Shown here piece by piece: positions 12,710-22,345 of a stretch of 64,000 nt of DNA. This DNA comes from Myxococcota bacterium (lineage in GTDB: Bacteria > Myxococcota_A > UBA796 > UBA2385), in assembly GCA_044344255.1 (NCBI GenBank), contig JBIJDH010000004.1, forward strand, positions 384,001 through 448,000, in the 5' to 3' direction. The notes beneath the pieces were generated by a model. That model saw only the letters and a program-made list of their open reading frames with translations. It was not told where the DNA came from and made no database searches. Positions within the stretch are counted from its first letter, which is position 1. Every line of letters starts with the position of its first letter. A program made the translations under genes and the position numbers.

Positions 12710-14041
12710 TCAGCGGAGCTCGAAGCTGGTCTTCACGTCGTCGGGCGGACCCTCTCCCGCCACTTCGCCTGGGCGGACCTGCCAGGTCCAACGAGGATCG
12801 AGCTTCAGCGCGAGGGTGAGCTCGCCGAGCTTCGCCTCCCAGCCCTCGCCCGCGGGCTGCAAGCTCCACCGGGGATCGATCGCGAAGCGGAGGGCGCGCT
12901 GGCCCTGGTCGGTGAGGAGCACCCGCGCTTGGCGCGCGAGCAGCTCGCGGCGGACCCCGAGCCCCTGGAGCTCGACCTTCGCCTTGTGGCCGTCCACCCG
13001 GGCCTGTCGGAGGGCGGCGGGCGGGTTCGACACCGTGAAGACGTTGAGCGGCCGGCCCGAGGGGTCGCCGATGTCCCACGCGGCGCAACCCTCAGCCTGG
13101 ACCCAGAGGCGCGAGGGCCGTCGCTTGATCTCGCGCCAGGCGACGACGCTGCCTTGCTCCCGCCACGCCCACTGCGCCCAACTCTTGCCTGCGAGGGTCG
13201 GGAGGGGCCCGATGGGCTCACGGCCGGTGAGGCGGCGGGTGAAGGGGTCGGCCTCCCCGCGGCCGGGTCCGGGCAGGGCCTCCCAGGCGACGAGGCGGTT
13301 GATGAGCTGGGCCGTGAGCCCGAGGCGACCGAAAGGGAGGAGCGGGGCCGCCGGCGGGCCGGGAAGGGCGCCGAGCGGCCCAGCGATGCAGTCGAGCGCA
13401 GACGCCGAGTCCACGACCAGGGGGCGGAGGCGGGCCGGGAAGCCGATCCCATTGGCGTCGGCCCAGGCCCAGGCGAGCGTCACGGCCTGCAAGAGCTGAG
13501 CGGCTTCGGCGGGGGAGCCTCGGGGGCCGCCGTCGTTGGAGAGGGCCGCGGGGAGCGAGCGGCCGAGGCCGGCCAGGGCGAGCCCCTCCGCGGCGCGCGC
13601 CCCCGGCAGGGCGGGCCAGGTCAGCGCGGCCACAAAGAGGGCGCAGTCTTGCAGCGCGGCGGCCGGCCCCGCCGCGACCCGCGCGCGGGCGATCGCTTGA
13701 GCGAGGCCTTGGGCCCGGCCAGCGAGGCGGCGCTCGGCTTCGGGGGGCAGCGGCGCCCAGGCGTGCGCGGTGGCGAGGTGGAGGAGGGCGACGGGATCGG
13801 GCTCCGCCGACGGCGGCAGGGCCTCGACCCCGGCTTGGACGGCGGCTCGATCTCCTGACGCGGCGGCGAGCGCGAGCGCGAGGGCGGGATCGGCGGGAGC
13901 GTCGCTGACATCGATGTCCCCGTCGAGGCCGACCGCCAGACCGAGCGGGTGTCGACCGAGGCCGCCGTCGGCCGGCCCGCTGTCGGGCCGCGGCAAGATC
14001 CGCGCCGCCAGGCCCCGGGCGAGGAGCACCCCGAGGCGCAC
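12710..14041 (-). CDS. Hypothetical protein, distant heparinase II/III-like (lyase) resemblance, degenerate
   Basis: ALFVAALTWPALP...LGRSLPAALSNDGGPRGSP segment resembles heparinase II/III-like proteins; starts 3 nt after the rpoH-like stop. Confidence 0.45.
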   Translation of the reverse strand: MRLGVLLARGLAARILPRPDSGPADGGLGRHPLGLAVGLDGDIDVSDAPADPALALALAAASGDRAAVQAGVEALPPSAEPDPVALLHLATAHAWAPLPPEAERRLAGRAQGLAQAIARARVAAGPAAALQDCALFVAALTWPALPGARAAEGLALAGLGRSLPAALSNDGGPRGSPAEAAQLLQAVTLAWAWADANGIGFPARLRPLVVDSASALDCIAGPLGALPGPPAAPLLPFGRLGLTAQLINRLVAWEALPGPGRGEADPFTRRLTGREPIGPLPTLAGKSWAQWAWREQGSVVAWREIKRRPSRLWVQAEGCAAWDIGDPSGRPLNVFTVSNPPAALRQARVDGHKAKVELQGLGVRRELLARQARVLLTDQGQRALRFAIDPRWSLQPAGEGWEAKLGELTLALKLDPRWTWQVRPGEVAGEGPPDDVKTSFELR

Positions 14042-14044
14042 CGC

Positions 14045-15178
14045 TCAGTCCTCCCCGGCGATGGAGAACTCGAAGGCGATCTCTTCGCCCAGCTGCTCGG
14101 TCAGGTATTCGCGGAGGCGTCGCTTCATGCGCGCCTCCACCTGACGGATGCGCTCCTTGCTGACGCTGAAGCGCGCCCCGAGGTCGGACAGGCTGATCGG
14201 CTCCTGGGCGATGAGCCGCTCGAACCAGATCGCCCGCTCGCGCTCGTCGTCGAGGGTGGCGGCGAAGGCCTTGAGGCGGCCTTGTACCATCGCCCCGAGC
14301 TCCGAGGAGCCGACCGCCTCTTCCGGGTCTCCGCCCTCGATGCGGATGATGTCGGAGAGGGGACGGCCTTCGGCGCTCCCGGCGGGCGCGTGGATCGACA
14401 GGGCGGGCGCGGCGAGGTGCTGATCGACGTTGATCACCTCCTGCTCGGGCACGTCGAGGGCCTCCGCCAGCGCGGCGGTGCTGGGGTTGATGCCCTCCCG
14501 GATCAGGCGATCCCGCTCCTTCTGGAGCTGGAAGAACAGCTTCCTGCCGTGGCGGGTGGAGCCGAGCCGCACAAGTCGGTAGTTGTCCATGAGGAAGCGG
14601 AGGATCATCGCCCGGATCCAATACTGGGCGTACGAAGAGAATCGGATCCCCCGGTAGGGGTCGTAGCGTGACAGGGCCTCGACGAGGCCGACGTTCCCCT
14701 CTTGGATGAGGTCGAGCACGTTGGACCACTGTCGATGGTACTGGAAGGCCAGCTTCACGACCAGGCGGAGGTTCGCCGTGACGAGGCGGTTCGCGGCGTC
14801 GGCGTCGCCCGTCTCGGTGTAGCGGATCGCGAGGCGCTTCTCCTCTTCGGGATCCAGCAGCGGATATTGCCGTACCTCGGCCAGGTAGTACGCGAGGAGG
14901 TCATCCTTGCGGGCGGCGAGTCCGCCGCTCAGGCGGGGGACGAGCGCCGCGCTCTCCGGCCCGGGCTCGGCCATGACGAAGTCGCCGGCGGTGGGGTCGA
15001 TCAGCTCGATCTCGTCCTCGCCCTCCACCTCGACTGGGCTGACGGCGCCGGGGTCCGCGGAGCTCGACGGCGGATCGGCGGTCAGGGGCTCGGGAGGGTC
15101 TGCCTTTGTCGTGACCACCGGCCTCTTTGCCGGCGACCTTTTGAGTTCCGCCATGACATCCTCGGTCGATTTCAACAA
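14045..15178 (-). CDS. rpoH: RNA polymerase sigma factor, RpoH (sigma-32)-like family
   Basis: Region 2 LVTANLRLVVKLA..DLIQEGNVGL; RpoH box RKLFFQL; region 4 VSKERIRQVE; start codon uncertain. Confidence 0.85.
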   Translation of the reverse strand: MLKSTEDVMAELKRSPAKRPVVTTKADPPEPLTADPPSSSADPGAVSPVEVEGEDEIELIDPTAGDFVMAEPGPESAALVPRLSGGLAARKDDLLAYYLAEVRQYPLLDPEEEKRLAIRYTETGDADAANRLVTANLRLVVKLAFQYHRQWSNVLDLIQEGNVGLVEALSRYDPYRGIRFSSYAQYWIRAMILRFLMDNYRLVRLGSTRHGRKLFFQLQKERDRLIREGINPSTAALAEALDVPEQEVINVDQHLAAPALSIHAPAGSAEGRPLSDIIRIEGGDPEEAVGSSELGAMVQGRLKAFAATLDDERERAIWFERLIAQEPISLSDLGARFSVSKERIRQVEARMKRRLREYLTEQLGEEIAFEFSIAGED

Positions 15179-15218
15179 GAATGAGGAGAGGGAGACGGGG
15201 GCGGGGCGGCCTCGTGAT

Positions 15219-16058
15219 TCAGGTCGCCGGACCGAATGGCCGGAGATGCCCGGGGGTCTGGAGCCACCGCACGGCCTCCGCGGTGCCTGCGACGAAGGCG
15301 CCGCCCCCGGCTTCGCCGCGGTTCAGGGGCTGTCCGTCGAAGCCCTGGACGACCCCTCCCACGGCCTCGATGAGCGCCACGCCGGCCGCGATGTCCCACG
15401 GTTGCCATCCGGGCCCGATCAGGGCCGCCTCTGCGCCGCCCCCGGCGACCATCGCGAGGTGTACGGCGGTGGATCCGACGCACCGCGCCTTACCCGGCCA
15501 CCGGAGGCGAGCGAAGGCGTGCAGGCGAGACGGGACATAGAGGATCGCCTCGCGGTTGAGTGAGCCCTCGCCGAAGCGGGTGAGGAGGATGCCATCTCGG
15601 AAGGCCCCGAGGCCACGTTCCACGTAGGCGTAGGTGTCGGCGCGGGGCATCCAGACGACCCCTTGTTCGACCTCGCCGTCCGCCGCGAGGCGGGCGAGGG
15701 TGACGCTCCAGGTGGGGAGGCCCTCGAGGAAGGCGCCGGTACCGTCCAGGGGATCAACAAACCAACGCCGACCACTCGTGCCCAGGTGGCCGCCTCCTTC
15801 CTCGGAGATGACGCTGTCATCGGGGAAGGCCGCCCGGAGGCCGGAGACGAGGATGGCCTCGGCGGCGCGGTCTGCGGCGGTCACGAAGGTGCCGTCCGGC
15901 TTGGACTCTCCGCGGGCGACCCGAAAGTGCCGGAGGATCTCCTCACCAGCGCGGCCGACCAGCTCCCGGAGGAGCGAGTCGGTGGGCGATGCGGCGCTGC
16001 CGAGCGGGCGCGCTCCTCCGCGCAGCGAAGCGGTCTCGGGCGAGGTCGGCGCGTGCAT
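15219..16058 (-). CDS. Inositol monophosphatase family protein (SuhB/CysQ-like)
   Basis: VTAADRAAE, ISEE, VDPLDGT and WDIAAG motifs intact. Confidence 0.9.
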   Translation of the reverse strand: MHAPTSPETASLRGGARPLGSAASPTDSLLRELVGRAGEEILRHFRVARGESKPDGTFVTAADRAAEAILVSGLRAAFPDDSVISEEGGGHLGTSGRRWFVDPLDGTGAFLEGLPTWSVTLARLAADGEVEQGVVWMPRADTYAYVERGLGAFRDGILLTRFGEGSLNREAILYVPSRLHAFARLRWPGKARCVGSTAVHLAMVAGGGAEAALIGPGWQPWDIAAGVALIEAVGGVVQGFDGQPLNRGEAGGGAFVAGTAEAVRWLQTPGHLRPFGPAT

Positions 16059-16311
16059 GGTGGCGTGCTAACGTGAAGACCCTCGACGCGCCCCAACGAG
16101 CGGTCGGGGCTCTCTCTGGGCCCGTCGCAGGGGCGCGCCCAGCTGCGCCGACCGAGCCTCCCGGGCTACGAGGCGGCGCGAGGCGGCGCGGTGGCTTGGG
16201 TAGCGGCCTCCGGCGGGCGGCTCGGCGCCAGGGTGTCGTGACGGGAGGGCCAGCGCCGCGGTTCGATGGGGTGAGATGAGTGGGGGTCATGCAGCGAGGG
16301 TGGAGCCAGAG

Positions 16312-18837
16312 ATGAGCGAGGGCACGAACAGACCGGCGGCCGGGTTCAGCGCGGCCGGCCCAGGTGGCGCGGCCGGCGGCAAGGGCAAGCTGCGGCTGCG
16401 GGTCGCCGCGCCCTGGCCGGCCTGGTCGGACGATGTCCGCCAGGGGCAGCTCCTGCGCGCCGACGGCAGCGCCGAGGCGGTCCTCATCCGCCTTCACCCC
16501 GAGGTGAGCGGGGAGGGTGCCCCGCTCGAGCTCTTACAGCGCCGGGCGAAGATCCTGTCCCGCCTTCGAGACCCGAACATCCTCCGCGTCGTCTATGCGA
16601 CCGCGATCGGCGGGCAGGCGGCCGTGGTCTACGAGGGCTTCGAAGGGGCGAGCCTCGCCCGGATCACCCCTCTGCTCGCCCAACACGGGCGGCTGCTCCC
16701 GCTGCGGGCGCTGCTGGAGATCGGAGAGGTGACGGCCCGGGCCGTCCATTCCGCGACCGGAGGCGCGCCGGAGGACGTGGAGCGGGTCCACCATGAAGGC
16801 CCGCAGACGAGCGACCTCCTCATCGATGCGCATGGGATCCTTAAAGTAACTGGCTTTACCGTCATATTTCTGGGCTCTGAGCCCCCCCCTTCTTCGTCGC
16901 AGTGCCCGCCGCCGGAGGGCGGGGGCGCCGGAGGGAGCTGGGCGATCGGGGCCCTGCTGGTCGAGCTCCTCACCGGCGAACGGATGGCCGCCGGCGCCGC
17001 GGACCCTGCGAAGCATGAGGCGAACCTGCGCCGCGCCACCACGCGCGTGCTCGCTCGGGCGGCAGATCCCGTCCCTGAGGCGGTGGTCCAGCTCATCCGG
17101 GCCACGCTGTCTCACGATCCGCGGGCGCGACCCTCGATTCAGGACGTCGCGGATCGGCTGCTCGATCTCTCGAGGGGCCTCTCCAGCACAGGACTGCGCA
17201 GCTGGGCCGCCGGGGCCATCGGAGGCGTGCTCGAAGGGGTCTCTCGTTCGGCGTCCTCACCCCCCGCGGCCTCCCGTGTGCCGATGGTCGATTCGAGCCG
17301 ACCGCTGATGCCGGACACCGACACCGGCGCGTTCCCCGTTCGGACGGTGGGCGGCCCGGCAAGGCTCACGGATGGCTCTGCGCAGCCGCCGGTGTACGAG
17401 CTCTTCTCTGCGCCGACAGCGCCCACTCTGCCTCCCCGTGAGGCGGGACCGCCGGCGCTCGCCCCCTTCGTTCGGGCCGCTGCACCTGGAGAGACGGCTG
17501 CGCTCCCCGCGTCTTCCGGGCCGCAGGCTTCGCCACGACCTCCCTCGAGCGTGCCCCCGGTGCGCTCGGCTGTCCCTCCGATACGGAGCCTGGACGAGAC
17601 GTCTGCGGTTCGTCCGCCTCGCCCCACCGAGGCCGTCCCCTCAGTCCCCTTCACCCGCCTCGCGCCAATCGAGGTCACCGCCGCCGCTCCGCGACCCGCC
17701 CCCTCGGCGGGGCGGCCGATGGGCTCCCTCCCCATCTCCGTCGGCACGCTGGGCGCCCCCGAACTTTCGGCGGTGGACGATGACTACGAGCACGCACCCA
17801 CCTCGATGGTGCAGGACGACCAGCTCACCCTGGCGATCGCGCCATCGCAGCCATCGTCGGTGTTGTCCTCCAGCTCGACCGGCGGACCGAACGGCCCGAG
17901 TCCGTCGAGCGGTCCGGCCCTCTCCGCTCGGGGTGGGGGGCCCCGGGCGGGCGGAGCGGGCGCGATCTCGGTGCGCGGTCCCGGAGGGGGCGGCCCCGTG
18001 GGGATCGCGATCGGCGCACAAGCGCCACTCGGCTCCCGCGAGGAGGCGGCGGTCGGCCTGGAGCTCGCCGCGGACATGTCCCCGCCCGGCGCAGATCGCC
18101 GCGCGCCAGTCCCCAACCCGGCCTCGGGCAGCCCGGGGCTGCGGTTGTTGGTCTTCTTCGCCGTCGGGGTGCTGATCACGGGCGCCCTCGTGGTGGCCTG
18201 GTTCGTCGCCTCACCGGGGGTCCCGGAAGAGGAGGTCCAAGGCCTCGCGCCGCCGGCCTCGTCGCTCGTCGGTTCGGGACCCCCTCCCTCGCCCGCGAGC
18301 CCCGCAGAGCAGCCCTTGGACGCCGACCAGGCGTTGGTCGACGAGGCGCCGCCTGTCGCTCCGGCTGTGGCTCCGGCGAGCCCCGCCCCCGCCGCGTCGG
18401 CCCCGTCGGGCAAGGTGTCTAAGCCCGCGGCGCCTTCAACCTCCACCCGAGCCGCGACCTCGCCCGCGGCCGCCGCGGCCCCGACGCCAGAGGATTCGGA
18501 GGACGCGGAGGACGACGTACCCGCCCGCATCGAGCGCCGGGCGCCGAGCGCGGAGGCGGCTCCGACCGCCGAGGCTGCGCCCTCGACCGCCCCGGCCAGC
18601 GCCGGCCGCTTTCGCCTGGAGTTCCGGGCCGCCGATCCTTCGGTGACTCGGATGGAGGTCCGCTGTCACGAGGGCGTGAGCGGCCAGGGGGGCGCCAGCG
18701 TGGTGCTCCCCGAGGCTGTGCGGGGTCCCTGTCGAGTGACCGGCTTCCAAGGGGACACGCCCATCGTGGCCTTCGTCACCGCGACGGGTGCCCAGAACTT
18801 CGGCTGCTTCGAGGGCGGGGCGCGAACCTGTCGGTAG
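16312..18837 (+). CDS. Membrane-anchored Hanks-type pseudokinase with Pro/Ala-rich linkers and small Cys-rich C-terminal domain
   Basis: Kinase scaffold (AKILSRLRDPNILRV, WAIGALLVELLTG, LSHDPRARP) but catalytic motifs replaced; one TM (LLVFFAVGVLITGALVVAWFV); four Cys in last ~60 aa; ATG at 16312 follows GGAG (alternative start 16276). Confidence 0.75.
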   Translation: MSEGTNRPAAGFSAAGPGGAAGGKGKLRLRVAAPWPAWSDDVRQGQLLRADGSAEAVLIRLHPEVSGEGAPLELLQRRAKILSRLRDPNILRVVYATAIGGQAAVVYEGFEGASLARITPLLAQHGRLLPLRALLEIGEVTARAVHSATGGAPEDVERVHHEGPQTSDLLIDAHGILKVTGFTVIFLGSEPPPSSSQCPPPEGGGAGGSWAIGALLVELLTGERMAAGAADPAKHEANLRRATTRVLARAADPVPEAVVQLIRATLSHDPRARPSIQDVADRLLDLSRGLSSTGLRSWAAGAIGGVLEGVSRSASSPPAASRVPMVDSSRPLMPDTDTGAFPVRTVGGPARLTDGSAQPPVYELFSAPTAPTLPPREAGPPALAPFVRAAAPGETAALPASSGPQASPRPPSSVPPVRSAVPPIRSLDETSAVRPPRPTEAVPSVPFTRLAPIEVTAAAPRPAPSAGRPMGSLPISVGTLGAPELSAVDDDYEHAPTSMVQDDQLTLAIAPSQPSSVLSSSSTGGPNGPSPSSGPALSARGGGPRAGGAGAISVRGPGGGGPVGIAIGAQAPLGSREEAAVGLELAADMSPPGADRRAPVPNPASGSPGLRLLVFFAVGVLITGALVVAWFVASPGVPEEEVQGLAPPASSLVGSGPPPSPASPAEQPLDADQALVDEAPPVAPAVAPASPAPAASAPSGKVSKPAAPSTSTRAATSPAAAAAPTPEDSEDAEDDVPARIERRAPSAEAAPTAEAAPSTAPASAGRFRLEFRAADPSVTRMEVRCHEGVSGQGGASVVLPEAVRGPCRVTGFQGDTPIVAFVTATGAQNFGCFEGGARTCR

Positions 18838-18955
18838 CGACAGGCGGCGCCCGGTCTGACGCTTCTTCTTGCGCTCCCGATCTGGCACCTCCTTCTGGGG
18901 GTGAGCCAATCCAGACGGGCGCTGTGGTAGACATACTGGCCCTCGGAGGTAGCCC

Positions 18956-21900
18956 ATGCGGCGCCCTGGTTTGATGCTCATTCCTACGCTCGGTCTGATC
19001 GCCACCCTGATCCTCGCCTGCGGCAAGGACGAAGCCGATGGGCCGTCGGCGGAGGAAGAGGCCGCACGGCTGGCCGCGGCCGCGGCTCAGGTGAAGACGC
19101 CCACCTTCGAAGAACAGCTCGCCCTCGCCCGCCGGAAGGCCTTGTCGCTGGACGCTGCCGGCGCCCTCGCAGAGGCCGAGAAACTTGTCGTCCAAAAGCC
19201 CGAAGACGACGCCGTCTGGCGCCTCCTCGAGCTGACGGCCATCGCCGCCGGGCAGGCAGAGGCCGTGAGCGCTCGGCTGGACGCGGGCAATCCGATCGGC
19301 GGGCGCACGGGTCCCCACCACCTGCTCCGGGCAGAGCTGGCGCTGGCCGCCGGTCGAGGGGCGGAGGCTCAGTCGTCGGCCACGGCGGCCTTGGCCGACG
19401 ATGGGGACGGTGCGGCCGCGCTCCTGGCGCGCGCGGCCGCGGCCGGCGCGCCGCTGCCGCCGGGGGCCACGACCCCCGCTGCAGATCGGGATCCAGCCGA
19501 TGCTCTCTTGAACTTTGTCACGGCCAAGGACGCCAAGGCTGCGGCTCCCTTCGCGGAGAAGGCCGGGCTCGTCGCTGGATGGCGGGCGGCCCTGCTGCGC
19601 GCCGAGACCCGACAGTCCCGGGGAGATCTGCCGGGCGCACTCGCGGAGTTTCAGCGCGCGGCCGAGTCGAGCCCGGCCGATCCCCGCGCGGTGGTGCGGG
19701 GGAACCTGGGGCGGGCCTCGCTCGCGCTCAACGGCATCACGTTGCCCGGTGATCTGAAGGTCGGGCCCGTCGAGGCGCTGGCTTGGGCCAAGGTGGCCGC
19801 GGAGGTCGCGATTTCGGAGGGCGACGCGGCGTCAGCGCTGCGGGCGATGGAGATCGCTTCCACTGCGGGTGGGCGCGGACTCCAGTCGGCGGAGGCCCTC
19901 GCGGTCCTCACCGCCTCGTCGCAGTCCATCTCGAGCTCCGCGGAAGGCGCGGTGGTCGGTCGTGCTGAACTCGTCCTGGCGCGCACCGCGGCGGAGGCCG
20001 GGATGCCCGTTGTGGCCGCCGAGGCGGCCGCCAAGGCTCGGAGCACCCTCCAGTCTGCCGGGGAGGCCGAGGCCGCCGCAGAGGCGGCGTGGCAGGAGGG
20101 GCTCGCCAGCCACGCGCTCGGTCGATTGGCCGGCTTGGAGGGCGCGTCCGGCGCGCTCAGCGGTGCGCGGCAACAGGCGCTTCAGGCGCTCGTCTACTAC
20201 GACAAGGGTGACTCTACGGCCGCCCGAGCCAAGGTGCCCGCCGAGGGGCTGATGGACCCCGAGCTCGTCTCCTTCGCGCCGTTCGCGGCGCGCCTCGATC
20301 CGGCGAACGCGGCGCGTTGGTGGCGCGACGCGGTCGCGGCGGCGGATCGGCTGGGCGCGCCCGTCGCTCGGATCTCCACTCGCCTCGCGCTCGAGGATCA
20401 CGCCCGGGCCCAGGGCCTCGCGGACGCCGGGCGAGTCCGGGCCGAGCTCCAGAAGCTCGCTCCCGCCGGCGCCGCGGGCGACGCCCTCCGGGCGGAGGTC
20501 GCGGTGCGCTCCATCCTGGAGGGGGGAGCGGGCTCCATCCCCACCGAGGGAGCGCTGCCGATCGTCTCGGCTTGGGCGGCGCTGTCCTCCGGCTCGGCCG
20601 CCTCGGCGAGCGCCGATGGCGCCTGGGTCGCGACGATCTCCGCTTGGGCTGCAGGTCGGGTCGCGGCGGCCGCGGGTTCGGATGCAGCCGCCGAACGATT
20701 CAATTCGGCCCTGGGGTTGGTGCCCACGCATCGTCACGGGCCGCTCTCGATGGGGACGGTCCTCGACGGGTCGTCCGGGTTCCCCGTGGACGTCGATCTC
20801 GATCTTCTCGGCAAGGGCAAAGCCAGCGATGCCACTGTGGGCGCCGCCCTCGCCGCCCATGAGCTCATCCACCGAGTGTCCACCAACCGGTCTGACATCT
20901 CGCTTGGCCGAGATCCCACTGTGGGCCTCGCGGAGGCCGACCGGGAGGCCGTCCTCGCCGGCGCGGCCCTGGTGCGCGCGGGTATCGCCGAGCTCCACGC
21001 CGGCTCGGGGCGCTTCCCGGAAGCCGCCGTGCGGAGCTACGAAGCGGCCGAGAAAAAAGCAGCCTCCGTCCCTGCCTTCGCCTCGCTCCTCCCGGTTCCG
21101 GGCGCCGCGGTGAGCGAGATCCGGAGCCGCCTGAGCGGCGCGGCCCTGGTCTCCTACCACTTCGGTCGGGGGCGGGTCCACGGCGTCGTGCTCACGCCGG
21201 GCGGCGGGGCGCTGAAGGAGCTCGGGAAGGAGGCGGCCGTCCGCGACCTCGCTCGCGCTCATTACGCCTCCCTCGCGGGCTCGGCCGCCACAAACGCCAA
21301 GGCCGATCACCGCGCCGGAGACAAGCTGCGCCTCCAGCTCCTCGACCCCTTCGTCGGAGAGCTCACGGGCATCGGGCGTTACCTCGTGGTCGCGCCGGCT
21401 GCCCTCTCGACCTTCTCGTTCACCACGTTTCCGGAGCAGGCGAGCGGCCTCCGCTTCCTCGCGGACATCCGGACCATCTGCACCTCGGGTACCGTGCGAA
21501 TCGCGATGCGTCCCGAGCCGCAGCCGCGGACCTTCTCTCCGGACTACCTCGCGATCGCCGCTCCCCAGGCGGGCGCCCCAGCCGCGTCGGCGGCTGCCCA
21601 GCCCGGGCCTGCGGCGCCGAGCCCAACCGCGACGCCGACCCCGGCGACACCAACCCCGACGACACCAACTCCGACGACACCAACTCCGACGACACCGCCG
21701 TTGACGGCCGGCGCGCCCGAAGACGGCGTGGGGAAGGCCCCGGTGGCACCCGCGACGGATGGGGTCGCGAAGACCTCGGCGCCCGGGGTGGAGGATCCCA
21801 ATTCCGACGCCGCCATGCTGGCTCGCCACCGCTCCGACGCCAACCTCCCTCCCGACGTGGCAGCGGGCGCTCGCAACTTCGGCGAGGAGTTCCGCAAGGC

Positions 21901-22345
21901 GCTCGTCTCTTCCGACGTCACGGTGGCGGCCTGGGAGAGCTCGATCCCGACGGCGCGGTACATTCACATCTCGCACGTCCCCGCCACCGCGGATGGTGGC
22001 TTTCAGCTCGGGGATGGGAGCGTCGGCCTCGCGGACCTTCGGCTCACTCCGATCGTGGCCAAGCTGGTGATCATCACGGCGCCGGCTACGATCGATCAGC
22101 AGAACGCCCGCGCGCGGGCCTTCCTCGACGCGGGAGCCGAGGCCGTCCTGGTGTCGGCCTGGCCGATTGACGATGGCCGCCTCGATCGAATGATGGACGG
22201 ATTCTTCCAGGCTTTGAACCGTGACCGACCGCCGGCGCGGGCGATCGGAGAGGCGAGGGAGTCGCTGCTCCGGGACTCTCTCTCGGGTGAGGACCTCGAT
22301 GACCCTGGGCTCTGGGGCTCGCTCCTCCTCTTCGCGAACCCTTGA
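18956..22345 (+). CDS. Lipoprotein with TPR-like helical region and C-terminal CHAT (caspase-like) domain, catalytic Cys absent
   Basis: GGAGG SD; lipobox ILAC; CHAT hallmarks ALVSYHF, LLDPF..LTG...LVVAP, AFLDAGAEAVLVSAWPIDD, PGLWGSLLL. Confidence 0.78.
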   Translation: MRRPGLMLIPTLGLIATLILACGKDEADGPSAEEEAARLAAAAAQVKTPTFEEQLALARRKALSLDAAGALAEAEKLVVQKPEDDAVWRLLELTAIAAGQAEAVSARLDAGNPIGGRTGPHHLLRAELALAAGRGAEAQSSATAALADDGDGAAALLARAAAAGAPLPPGATTPAADRDPADALLNFVTAKDAKAAAPFAEKAGLVAGWRAALLRAETRQSRGDLPGALAEFQRAAESSPADPRAVVRGNLGRASLALNGITLPGDLKVGPVEALAWAKVAAEVAISEGDAASALRAMEIASTAGGRGLQSAEALAVLTASSQSISSSAEGAVVGRAELVLARTAAEAGMPVVAAEAAAKARSTLQSAGEAEAAAEAAWQEGLASHALGRLAGLEGASGALSGARQQALQALVYYDKGDSTAARAKVPAEGLMDPELVSFAPFAARLDPANAARWWRDAVAAADRLGAPVARISTRLALEDHARAQGLADAGRVRAELQKLAPAGAAGDALRAEVAVRSILEGGAGSIPTEGALPIVSAWAALSSGSAASASADGAWVATISAWAAGRVAAAAGSDAAAERFNSALGLVPTHRHGPLSMGTVLDGSSGFPVDVDLDLLGKGKASDATVGAALAAHELIHRVSTNRSDISLGRDPTVGLAEADREAVLAGAALVRAGIAELHAGSGRFPEAAVRSYEAAEKKAASVPAFASLLPVPGAAVSEIRSRLSGAALVSYHFGRGRVHGVVLTPGGGALKELGKEAAVRDLARAHYASLAGSAATNAKADHRAGDKLRLQLLDPFVGELTGIGRYLVVAPAALSTFSFTTFPEQASGLRFLADIRTICTSGTVRIAMRPEPQPRTFSPDYLAIAAPQAGAPAASAAAQPGPAAPSPTATPTPATPTPTTPTPTTPTPTTPPLTAGAPEDGVGKAPVAPATDGVAKTSAPGVEDPNSDAAMLARHRSDANLPPDVAAGARNFGEEFRKALVSSDVTVAAWESSIPTARYIHISHVPATADGGFQLGDGSVGLADLRLTPIVAKLVIITAPATIDQQNARARAFLDAGAEAVLVSAWPIDDGRLDRMMDGFFQALNRDRPPARAIGEARESLLRDSLSGEDLDDPGLWGSLLLFANP
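21641..21696 (+). repeat. 15-bp coding tandem repeat (CCGACGACACCAACT) encoding PTTPT
   Basis: About four copies visible inside the CHAT domain coding region. Confidence 0.85.
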
